A stretch of DNA of 25,364 nt, taken from positions 1 through 25,364 of IMG/VR virus record IMGVR_UViG_3300011429_000016. One strand, 5' to 3'. Below are positions 10,201-16,615 of this stretch, piece by piece. The notes below the pieces were generated by a model. It was given only the letters and a program-made list of their open reading frames with translations, searched no databases and was not told the origin of the DNA. The stretch's first letter is position 1. Each line of letters begins with the position of its first letter. The translations under genes were made by a program, and so were the position numbers. Origin of the DNA: a virus (lineage: Duplodnaviria; Caudoviricetes).

Positions 10201-10654
10201 CACGGAATAGAGCTTGCTGCTGATCTGTAGCCCTACGTGCTCCCATCTCTTGTTCTCTGGCTAGCCGCTGCGACTGGTTAATTATCGCATTCATACCGAC
10301 TTGAGCCCGCGCCATTTCATGCGGCTCCATGACGCTGATGTTCTTAACCTTCGTGAGCGTACGCGTCAGCCGTTCGTAGGCAGCATTCAACTCATCGATC
10401 TTACCGGTTCCGGTTCCGGTCTGACCTAGTCGTTGGGAAGCAGCGGACGTCTTGTCGAATAGGGATAGGAGAGTTCGCTCGACTTGAGCGAACTTCCTGT
10501 ACATTGCCTCGGCCTTCTCGTCGGTCTTCTTAGCGAGAGCATCTACTCTCTGGCCGAACTTCTGTAGGACCGCAAGTGAGCGCTCCAGAGGCTCAGTATT
10601 GGCGTCGAGGCCAAAGCCTATCGTACCAAGATCGATGTCAGGCTGTCGAGGCAC
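7229..10654 (-). CDS. Tape measure protein
   Basis: 1141-aa Ala/Leu-rich helical ORF (GTG start) after the chaperone; tape-measure core (EFKYVLGQADKLG...ALEQMIGKSVVQSQEMKLQLG), hydrophobic segments, C-terminal YHGG...GEMPAILKRGEGVFT motif. Confidence 0.95.
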   Translation of the reverse strand: MPRQPDIDLGTIGFGLDANTEPLERSLAVLQKFGQRVDALAKKTDEKAEAMYRKFAQVERTLLSLFDKTSAASQRLGQTGTGTGKIDELNAAYERLTRTLTKVKNISVMEPHEMARAQVGMNAIINQSQRLAREQEMGARRATDQQQALFRAQQRTADMAAAFQIRGAPAEFTTRATAALNTFESTLKRGTLSTQNLRVAQNALNAELSLLSRNMRVMEGASVMANAFHNLSRATILAVGPLSGVGARMAVLASLFESTTAQAALFVAGVVGVATVVGLIGAAGVRATMEMERFNALLLSASGSSALVGDEFKYVLGQADKLGQNVKGLVAPYASFATAARLSGFALEEQRDIFESVMITGAALRWDADKTGRAFLALEQMIGKSVVQSQEMKLQLGQVIPDAVGLAAIAMGKTTSELMRMMEAGELITKDFLPKFSTILRQTFSPGSVAGAASLQAEFQRLGTAVFLFNKAFDETTRISTAVRAVVVSLADTMRYFADNMNQILAVVAAFGGALASWVVIGTVTTIVMSLRTALIGLWGALLGVGAALSFTGIGALLQALLRIGLMVGGATIAYKAFRTEIDLVSTDTRAFIDNTNQWIKTTEELGFAHVRTAKIVKDATNERLENISREIQGLQLQLEVQKLIEEYNQRTRVQSLGGEPFMQRNLFGRRGAAAATAPTVAAEDPETKALQARIDALRKLQEELATTLEAVNRVKTKDFGLQGELGNKAFDNWIEKVQKAIRENEKLANVLKATVVDQDAVRLAVAMDKAGDLMAELPKKAGNLSKIRAELTAAGFAGANLKDQLVALFLQMGRSQDSTQTITQKMQDFTKAAQQEGEMFYELTARLRGVQQELLGVNPERLREQEQLQVKLTKLRGILEETTVSQEGVNAGLARYKELWDQLKTEERELARVKTLHGEIKKMVTTIEDDLARALVTATETGKLSFSDLFASAGRDLLAYMFKVQLLRPLFQALFGDIYSGGSTGSQGLIGDAVMKMLQFYSGGTSGTGAGAGDIPTTANIGHGGGIMGSAMQTRAVSSSLFNSAPRYHGGRLGAGEMPAILKRGEGVFTEAQMKSLAPAGGAPSVTVNVINQSGEPLKAENSGQPRMDAQGWVVDVLISKMSRDSRLRQNMRSMLAAPT

Positions 10655-10666
10655 GTCTAGCCTACT

Positions 10667-10843
10667 TTATCTCTTCCGAGCAGGAGCTGTTGGGCCACTT
10701 AGAGTACCTTCCTTATTAAGCCGCTGGAGGAATACAATCCACTTCGCCAAGTCTGCGAGGGGCAGCTGTCTAACCTGGTCTACTGTCTGGCCCGTATGAT
10801 AAGCCACGTAGTAAGCGAGATACTCCAGGCTGCCCCGGATTAG
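10667..10843 (-). CDS. -1 frameshift extension of tail assembly chaperone (gpGT-like C-terminal part)
   Basis: 58 codons open in the -1 frame after the slippery site: LIRGSLEYLAYYVAYHTGQTVDQVRQLPLADLAKWIVFLQRLNKEGTLSGPTAPARKR*, filling the gap before the tape measure gene; too short for the ORF track. Confidence 0.85.
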   Translation of the reverse strand, partial: LIRGSLEYLAYYVAYHTGQTVDQVRQLPLADLAKWIVFLQRLNKEGTLSGPTAPARKR

Positions 10844-11172
10844 TTTTTTCGGGCAGCCGTGAGAGCTCCTTTCAGGTCCATGAGATCCGTAATGGCATCC
10901 ATGATTCGGGCGTAGTCGCCGGTAGTAGGAAGGCCAGCGAATACCTCCGCATCCTCGGGACCAAAAACCCTATCGTTGGTACCGGGCATGTAACAGTGGT
11001 CAAGAACCATCTTGAGCATCTGTCTACGCCGATCCTCTACCTCAACCGAATCGAGCGTGTACCCGACTGTAGGCTGACGAACTTCGATGGTAAGGCCGCT
11101 TACTAGCTCGACCTTCTTGGAGCGAAGCTTCGCCCCTAGTACTGCTTCGCGAACATCGTCGCGGGTAGTCAT
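10840..11172 (-). CDS. Tail assembly chaperone (gpG-like)
   Basis: 110 aa between tail tube and tape measure; SD AAGGAG; ends in the slippery sequence. Confidence 0.85.
   Translation of the reverse strand: MTTRDDVREAVLGAKLRSKKVELVSGLTIEVRQPTVGYTLDSVEVEDRRRQMLKMVLDHCYMPGTNDRVFGPEDAEVFAGLPTTGDYARIMDAITDLMDLKGALTAARKN
10843..10849 (-). other. Slippery heptamer A AAA AAC (programmed -1 ribosomal frameshift)
   Basis: Minus strand reads CGA AAA AAC TAA at the end of the chaperone ORF: an in-frame X XXY YYZ heptamer directly before the stop. Confidence 0.85.
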
Positions 11173-11233
11173 ACGATACTCCTTTCGTAATGTAATCCAC
11201 TCCTAAGAGCGGGGGTATAACAACAGCAGCTTT

Positions 11234-12283
11234 TTAGACGTCCGTCATGGCACCGCTGCCGGTGATGCCTACTGCGAACGCATTCGGCGTTTCCATTCCG
11301 CCGGATAACGTGATGTTGCTGACTACGCCGGAGCCTTTCCACCCAGCGATACCGTCGGGTAAGTACTTCGCGTAGATCAGCGTTTCATCCAGGAATGCTG
11401 TCAACGCCTTCTTGATAGCCTCCGGAATGAGAGAAGTGGATTCATGGTGCCAAGAGAACGGAGCCTGAATCGCCAAAGCCAAGTTGGGTGAGGCCTCGAT
11501 CGGGACGCTTAGCTGGAAGCTCAACGTCTCCTCCTCGAGCTCGCCTACGTTCCCGGCTTGTCGATCCGTGACCAGCCTGAAGAAGCCCCGGCCGTAGGAC
11601 TTCCCAACTCCGTCCGGATTGACCTCGATTATCATTTCAGCCCGGGCTGCGAGCGTCGCATCCCAGTTGTCAGCCGCATCGAATACGGCCGGCAGTTCGA
11701 TCGCAACCTGGCGCAATCCCGGAATGAACGTGTTGTATCCCGAGTTGGCCGCAGCCGCTGGGAAGTTCGTGGTCCTGATCGGACGGCCGGTCTGCGTCAG
11801 CGTGTACGACGTTGCTTTCGCGAGATCGATCGTCGGGAAGTACTGCCCAGTGATCGTGATCGGGGTTGTAGGAGTGTAGGCCGCCTTGAAGGTCACCTTG
11901 CCGAATAGGTAGTCGATGCTCAGGACGTCCGCTGTATGTACGATGGCGTTATCCAGCACCGATACGGCCACGGCTCTGTTGATGATCCGCTTGGCGGCAT
12001 TCGTGATCTGGTAAGTCTTGCCGGACACGAGCGTCATCGCATCGGCCGTCATCACCGTCGATGTTCCAGGCTTCTTCAAGGTCGCCAGGTAACCCGGAAA
12101 GCCCTTGTAGACGGCGTTGGCATTGATATTCCAACCGAGAATACCCGTCATGTTGGAATTGTAGGTCTGGCCGAAGATGGTATCCTCGACCTGCGCCCCT
12201 TCCCTGCTTAGTTCGCCTTGACTCCCCGGAAGAGTGTAGTACGTGATATCATCCGCGGACAGTTGAATAGTCTTGGCACCCAT
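11234..12283 (-). CDS. Major tail (tube) protein
   Basis: 349 aa, SD AAGGAG, G/C-ending codons; tube-like motifs TTNF...GYNTFIPGLRQVAIE and C-terminal FAVGITGSGA; position after tail terminator. Confidence 0.85.
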   Translation of the reverse strand: MGAKTIQLSADDITYYTLPGSQGELSREGAQVEDTIFGQTYNSNMTGILGWNINANAVYKGFPGYLATLKKPGTSTVMTADAMTLVSGKTYQITNAAKRIINRAVAVSVLDNAIVHTADVLSIDYLFGKVTFKAAYTPTTPITITGQYFPTIDLAKATSYTLTQTGRPIRTTNFPAAAANSGYNTFIPGLRQVAIELPAVFDAADNWDATLAARAEMIIEVNPDGVGKSYGRGFFRLVTDRQAGNVGELEEETLSFQLSVPIEASPNLALAIQAPFSWHHESTSLIPEAIKKALTAFLDETLIYAKYLPDGIAGWKGSGVVSNITLSGGMETPNAFAVGITGSGAMTDV

Positions 12284-12302
12284 GTGCTAGCTCCTTTTCA
12301 CG

Positions 12303-12731
12303 TTATGTAATCGGAATTCGGTTATCACCAGTAGCAGGCTCGACAATGAAACGGAAGTTAGCCGAGAAGATCGGCCTGTTATTCTCGTCCTGTCCAAGCC
12401 AAATCACATCACCGATCTGATTGCAAGATCGGTATGTATCGAAGTTCAGTACCTCAGTATCCATACCAAGGAGCTTATCGCAGACTTCCTTCGCCTTGGC
12501 TCGAGCTTCCTGGTAGCCGTTCTGCTCTCCTCTTAACATCACCTGAACCGAAGGGAAGTTCAGTCTAAGATGCGGATAGGGATTAGCCCCTCCTGTCCCA
12601 TTGACGAGGATGATGGTGTCCGGAGTATCCGGAAACCTCCCAAGGAAGATACGCCATCCGGAGCCGAGACCGAAAGCGCCCACGCTGTCCGTTACCAGCT
12701 TATCCTTGATAGCTTCAGCTGGGTCGTTCAT
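12303..12731 (-). CDS. Tail terminator / tail completion protein ('minor capsid' family)
   Basis: PDTPD..I....TGG..P......PSVQVMLRG and LGQDENNRPIFSANF motifs; immediately upstream of tail tube. Confidence 0.75.
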   Translation of the reverse strand: MNDPAEAIKDKLVTDSVGAFGLGSGWRIFLGRFPDTPDTIILVNGTGGANPYPHLRLNFPSVQVMLRGEQNGYQEARAKAKEVCDKLLGMDTEVLNFDTYRSCNQIGDVIWLGQDENNRPIFSANFRFIVEPATGDNRIPIT

Positions 12732-13210
12732 TTGAGCACCGTGGCGTAGAAGATAGCAAGACGGGTCAAGAAGCTGCCCATCTCCTCCTCCATGGCCGAC
12801 TGCAAGAATTTTGCCCTGGTCGGCGGGACGTGGTGGAGGTCCGTACGTTCGTGCACAATCGGAGCATATCTCACTGTTGGGCTACCGAAGGTAATAGTCG
12901 CTCGAGCCCGATTCTTGGTGGAGCGCTCGACTTCTAGTCGTCCTGACGCGCGAAGGGCGCCCGTCAGGAATGGACAGTACACTACGGCTTTCTCGAAGGC
13001 GGGAAGCATAGCCTCCCTCAGTACGCGCGGAGTGATGCCCTGCATCTGACGCACGATATTCGTGTAGCGCGTGTTGATATCGCGCATGCTTTCTCGAGCA
13101 GACTGGGTAAAGGCCTTACGATGGGCTGCAGGAGTCCCCCCTCTGACATGGCCACCGAGGCGGCCAGTTTCGATCCCGCCTTCTATGTTGGTGGGAGGAA
13201 ATTGAGCCAT
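12728..13210 (-). CDS. Neck/tail completion protein (HK97 gp10-like)
   Basis: CPFLTGALRASG, YAPIVHE and AKFLQSA motifs; ATGA overlap with next gene. Confidence 0.75.
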   Translation of the reverse strand: MAQFPPTNIEGGIETGRLGGHVRGGTPAAHRKAFTQSARESMRDINTRYTNIVRQMQGITPRVLREAMLPAFEKAVVYCPFLTGALRASGRLEVERSTKNRARATITFGSPTVRYAPIVHERTDLHHVPPTRAKFLQSAMEEEMGSFLTRLAIFYATVLK

Positions 13211-13548
13211 CAGAGATACGCCTTACGAATAGCCAGAAGGTTGCGTAGATCGGGTACACGATCGAACCGCTGGACCTTGTAAGCGCCATCTAGGATCGTA
13301 GGATCCGTAGCGTCAGAAGATACAGGGTACAGCCAGTCGCCGACCTTTACATCCCTGTCAACGAATACTACCGCTCGGCTTACTGTCTCTTTCTTATCCA
13401 GCATGCTGAAGAACTGTTCCGTACGCTCCTCCCAGCGGCAGCCAATCTTCTCCGGCAGCGTGAAAGTGGCGCCGCCAAAGCCGTCTGGTGTCGCAACCCA
13501 TCGGGTCGCTGACTGTGTGAGGCCGCGAGTGGCTACATGATCCATCAT
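13210..13548 (-). CDS. Head closure / head-tail joining protein
   Basis: 112 aa; DGFGGATF...I.CRWEE motif; position between adaptor and gp10-like genes, overlapping both. Confidence 0.7.
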   Translation of the reverse strand: MMDHVATRGLTQSATRWVATPDGFGGATFTLPEKIGCRWEERTEQFFSMLDKKETVSRAVVFVDRDVKVGDWLYPVSSDATDPTILDGAYKVQRFDRVPDLRNLLAIRKAYL

Positions 13549-13922
13549 ATCACCTGGAATTCCGCGTCCTTCTTACCGGGATTCTGTGCCCTTGAAGACT
13601 CCTCGGCTAAGATACCTGATGTATCCAGTATCATCGCTTGCTGACCGAAGCGAGTAGAGCTAAAGCCTGCTCCGTAGATATTGAAATACCGCTCCGTAGC
13701 TTCTCCAAGAACTTGCGCCGCCAAAGGTCCATCTCTTTGTGAGATGGATACGAAGTGGGCAGAGAGGTAAAGCTCGATCTGCGTCAGGCGAGCCTCGGTC
13801 AAACTTTGACCGCCCAACAGCTCGTCTACGAGAAGGTTGGCTACAGCAATCGCAGGTTCGGCGTCTACACTACTAGGATCGCCTGTAACCTTTAGAACCT
13901 GCTCGTTAAAGACCCTCGCCAC
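13545..13922 (-). CDS. Head-tail adaptor protein
   Basis: 125 aa (GTG start); IELYLSAHF and STRFGQQAMILDTSGIL motifs typical of head-completion adaptors. Confidence 0.7.
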   Translation of the reverse strand: MARVFNEQVLKVTGDPSSVDAEPAIAVANLLVDELLGGQSLTEARLTQIELYLSAHFVSISQRDGPLAAQVLGEATERYFNIYGAGFSSTRFGQQAMILDTSGILAEESSRAQNPGKKDAEFQVI

Positions 13923-13932
13923 CTAGGCCCCG

Positions 13933-14157
13933 TTATTCGTCGGGCTTAGCTTCGACCGCGTCGGGCTTAGCTTCGACCGCGTCGGGCTTAGCTTCGACCG
14001 CAGCAGGAGCTTCGTACAGCTTGAACTTATTGGGGAAGCGTTGGGCCTCCGCCGGCTCCAGGTCGACGATAGCACCTTTCCGAACGTACCTGTCGTCGCC
14101 AGCTGCTTCGCCCATGTCATGCTTGCCTTCCGTTACTTGATACGCTCGCTTGGACAT
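13933..14157 (-). CDS. Small head-associated hypothetical protein with AVEAKPD repeats
   Basis: 74 aa, strong SD AAGGAGG; position typical of small post-capsid genes. Confidence 0.7.
   Translation of the reverse strand: MSKRAYQVTEGKHDMGEAAGDDRYVRKGAIVDLEPAEAQRFPNKFKLYEAPAAVEAKPDAVEAKPDAVEAKPDE
13938..14000. repeat. Perfect tandem repeat, 3 x 21 bp (CGTCGGGCTTAGCTTCGACCG)
   Basis: Three identical units at 13938, 13959 and 13980. Confidence 0.95.
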
Positions 14158-14178
14158 ACATCCTCCTTAATGAGGGTG

Positions 14179-14543
14179 AAAAATAGGGGATTTATATACT
14201 TGACTCCTTATTCGACGAAGCCGTACAACGTCTCGAACTGAACACTGGTCGAAGCGCTGTCGAGCACGCCGTCCCTTGCGCCGCACGATCCATTGGCGGC
14301 TACCTTGACGACAATATGCGGGTCCATCGCTTCGAGCAGCGCGCCTACCGCCATTTCGACGCCGATCACGCTTTCCTTCTCTGCTGGAATATGCTGCGTG
14401 CCTTGCTTCGCGCTCTCGAATTGCTTCACGAGTGACGCCTTGACGGCGGGGGCTTTGCCTACTGCGGTTACGGACCAGCTCATTTGATTCTCCTTGAGTT
14501 ATCCCTCGGCTGAGGGAGTTAAGTATGTAATTCCCAAAAATAG
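14179..14543. mobile_element. Non-autonomous mobile cassette (349 bp, 14187-14535) with 21-bp imperfect TIRs and 8-bp target duplication; IS1595-family-like ends
   Basis: Left end 14187-14207 GGGATTTATATACTTGACTCC; right end 14515-14535 reverse-complemented GGGAATTACATACTTAACTCC (18/21 identical); AAAAATAG directly abuts both ends (14179-14186 and 14536-14543); no transposase inside. Confidence 0.8.
14208..14483 (-). CDS. Hypothetical passenger protein inside the mobile cassette
   Basis: 91-aa ORF with SD AAGGAG; its TAA stop abuts the left inverted repeat; no DDE or HTH motif recognised. Confidence 0.75.
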   Translation of the reverse strand: MSWSVTAVGKAPAVKASLVKQFESAKQGTQHIPAEKESVIGVEMAVGALLEAMDPHIVVKVAANGSCGARDGVLDSASTSVQFETLYGFVE

Positions 14544-14565
14544 GGCACGGAGCGCGTGCCCTATT
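14536..14565 (-). terminator. Rho-independent terminator after major capsid gene
   Basis: 11-bp stem AATAGGGCACG / CGTGCCCTATT (14539-14549, 14555-14565), 5-nt loop, followed by a U-tract on the minus strand. Confidence 0.8.
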
Positions 14566-14591
14566 AAGTTCAGACGCTTATGCTACGCCAA

Positions 14592-15578
14592 TTAGACGTA
14601 GTGGGCGATGCCGCACCGCCCGTCGTAGTCGTTTTTGAGGCGGGGAACCATGATGGCCAGCACCTTCACGTTGACCATCATACCGCCGTGGGAATCCCAC
14701 ATGATCGGCATCGGTTCGAAGCCAACCACCATATCGACAACATCCGGCGTCATCTGGATCATCAAGACTTCAGCATTCGGGAGATGCTCGCTGGGCTTGA
14801 TGTCGATGATATCGGGGATTTGCTTGAGCCTCGTCAGGATCGAGATGTCGGTTGCGGCGCCGAAGTTGTTCAGCAGGTTGATGTACCCGGCGACGGAGCA
14901 GTAGACCATGTACGGCCCGTACATGTTGTCGTTCTTCAGGGCCCCGATCATCGCGAGCACGTCGGATATGACGTTGGCGCCGGTCGCAGTATTCCAGTCG
15001 ACTGCCGTCGCGCCGGTATTGCGCGCGGCGAAGTTCCTGTAGCCCTGGATAACCCCACCGCCTCCCACGACAGACACGCCGTTGAACAGCATGCTTTCGA
15101 GAGCGTCGGTGACCCGTCGGGTAGCGACGCCCGACTGCGTGGTGTCGAGCGGCATACCGCCCTTGCGTGAGGCTTCCAGCGCACGGATATTGATCTGGAA
15201 GTCCTTGTGGGTAATCGGCACCGGAATACCGATCAATGTGAAGTCCAGACGGTCGCGTTCACCTTCCGTCAGACCTGACATGTCGACGTTCGCGCCGGAC
15301 ATATCGGACATCTTTTCCCACTGAACGAACGTAGTGCCGAAGGCGTTCGTCAAGTCGAATCGTAGTCCGCGTGTTAGCAGGTCGGCGACACCGACTAGCC
15401 TTGAGCGAGCCACATCCACGACTGCCTTGTCGTACAGCAGCCATTCCTCCTTACGGAGCGTGTCGTTGGTGCGAAGCGACTGGACGTTCAGCCCGGTGGC
15501 GAGCAATCGGGATGCAACTGACCCGATTGCAGTACCTCCGTTTAGGGCGTCCAGCACTTGTTCGGTGGTCCTGGGCAT
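14592..15578 (-). CDS. Major capsid protein, HK97 fold, encapsulin/Linocin-M18-like
   Basis: LRKEEW...D.AVVDVARSRLVGVADL, PVPITHKDFQINIRALEASR and YGPY motifs; start placed at ATG 15578 (MPRTTEQ) with SD AAGGAG; 328 aa; G/C-ending codons. Confidence 0.9.
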   Translation of the reverse strand: MPRTTEQVLDALNGGTAIGSVASRLLATGLNVQSLRTNDTLRKEEWLLYDKAVVDVARSRLVGVADLLTRGLRFDLTNAFGTTFVQWEKMSDMSGANVDMSGLTEGERDRLDFTLIGIPVPITHKDFQINIRALEASRKGGMPLDTTQSGVATRRVTDALESMLFNGVSVVGGGGVIQGYRNFAARNTGATAVDWNTATGANVISDVLAMIGALKNDNMYGPYMVYCSVAGYINLLNNFGAATDISILTRLKQIPDIIDIKPSEHLPNAEVLMIQMTPDVVDMVVGFEPMPIMWDSHGGMMVNVKVLAIMVPRLKNDYDGRCGIAHYV

Positions 15579-15627
15579 TGTCTTTCTCCTTTTCCTGGGT
15601 TCTGGTTTCGGTTGGGAGGCGTGTGCC

Positions 15628-16080
15628 TTACACGACCTCGACCTTGAGCCGGACAGGCGTACCGCCAGCCGAGTTGTCGATAGCCTCCAACGCGCGGGCA
15701 ACGACGCGCCGCAAATTGCCGACGGTAACGGCACCGGCCGTTACCTTCTTGAGTGTGCCGTCTCCGTTACTGACGAGCTCGTCGCCTACGACGATGGCGA
15801 TAGCGGCGGCAGGAATGAGAGCGTGGATCTCGGCGCCCGGCGCCGCAAGCACCATCAGGACGCGATCGTTCGCGGCGTAAGCGTCCGCTACGTCCTTGCC
15901 GAAGACGTCGTTTTCCAACGCAAACAGCGGATAGGCGTTACCTTCCGCCGTCGCATGGACGACGACTGCATCGACGGTTGTGTTACGGTTGATCAGGTGA
16001 CCCGGAGTGATCGCACCCCCGGCGTTTCCTTCCTTCTGGACTCCATCCCCTTTTAGGAGGATCGTGTTCCGAGTGGCCAT
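15628..16080 (-). CDS. Capsid decoration/cement protein
   Basis: 150 aa between scaffold and capsid genes; AGGAITPGHLI, GDELVSNGDGTLKK and VVARALEAIDNS motifs; SD AAGGAG. Confidence 0.75.
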   Translation of the reverse strand: MATRNTILLKGDGVQKEGNAGGAITPGHLINRNTTVDAVVVHATAEGNAYPLFALENDVFGKDVADAYAANDRVLMVLAAPGAEIHALIPAAAIAIVVGDELVSNGDGTLKKVTAGAVTVGNLRRVVARALEAIDNSAGGTPVRLKVEVV

Positions 16081-16138
16081 GTACTTCTCCTTTGAGTGGT
16101 TGCGCTAAATCGCTGGGCTTCGTGTGGCTTTGTATGCC

Positions 16139-16615
16139 TTACGCAGCCTTGCGAGGGAAAACGGGGGTGGGAGGAGTGAACCTTTCCTCGCTTGTCCTGG
16201 CTGCCGGATTGTGGCCGAGGAACGTGATGTCGTCGGCACCAGGCGCTTGCAGCGCCTTGCACATCTTCTCGAGAACCGTCGGCTCCAGGCCATTCAGGTC
16301 GGCTTCGGACAGCTCCGACTTGCCGGATAGTGCCTTGACCAGCCCCGCCTTTCGAGCGGCCATATACGCCACGGCCGTTTGGAGCTCCTTGCGGAAGCCC
16401 TCGGGCGCCGCCTCGATGTAATTGGCGATCGAAGCGTTCTGCTTCGCCTTGGCTTCTGCTTCCGCTTTGGTCTTGGCTTCAGCCGCCGCAACCGCTTCTG
16501 CCTTCTCTTTGGCTTCTTTGACTGCCGCGGCTACTTTGGCATCGGCAGCTGCCTTGAGATCCGCAGCCGCTTTGGCGTCGGCTGCATCCTTTACTACCTT
16601 CTCTGCGTCGGTCAT
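16139..16615 (-). CDS. Probable nested in-frame scaffolding protein (internal start MTDAEKVV)
   Basis: In-frame ATG at 16615 with AAGGAG (16624-16629) 8 nt upstream, exactly at the start of the coiled-coil region; 158 aa. Confidence 0.6.
   Translation of the reverse strand: MTDAEKVVKDAADAKAAADLKAAADAKVAAAVKEAKEKAEAVAAAEAKTKAEAEAKAKQNASIANYIEAAPEGFRKELQTAVAYMAARKAGLVKALSGKSELSEADLNGLEPTVLEKMCKALQAPGADDITFLGHNPAARTSEERFTPPTPVFPRKAA

Noticed and set aside
13938-14000. Possible mini-CRISPR array
   Set aside because: Units are contiguous with no spacers and are coding
13923-14120. Alternative-frame ORF with RSKLSPT repeats
   Set aside because: Same 21-bp repeat read off-frame; the 74-aa frame has the strong SD
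15579-15734. 52-aa N-terminal extension of the capsid ORF in the ORF track
   Set aside because: Overlaps the decoration gene in another frame; a strong SD precedes ATG 15578
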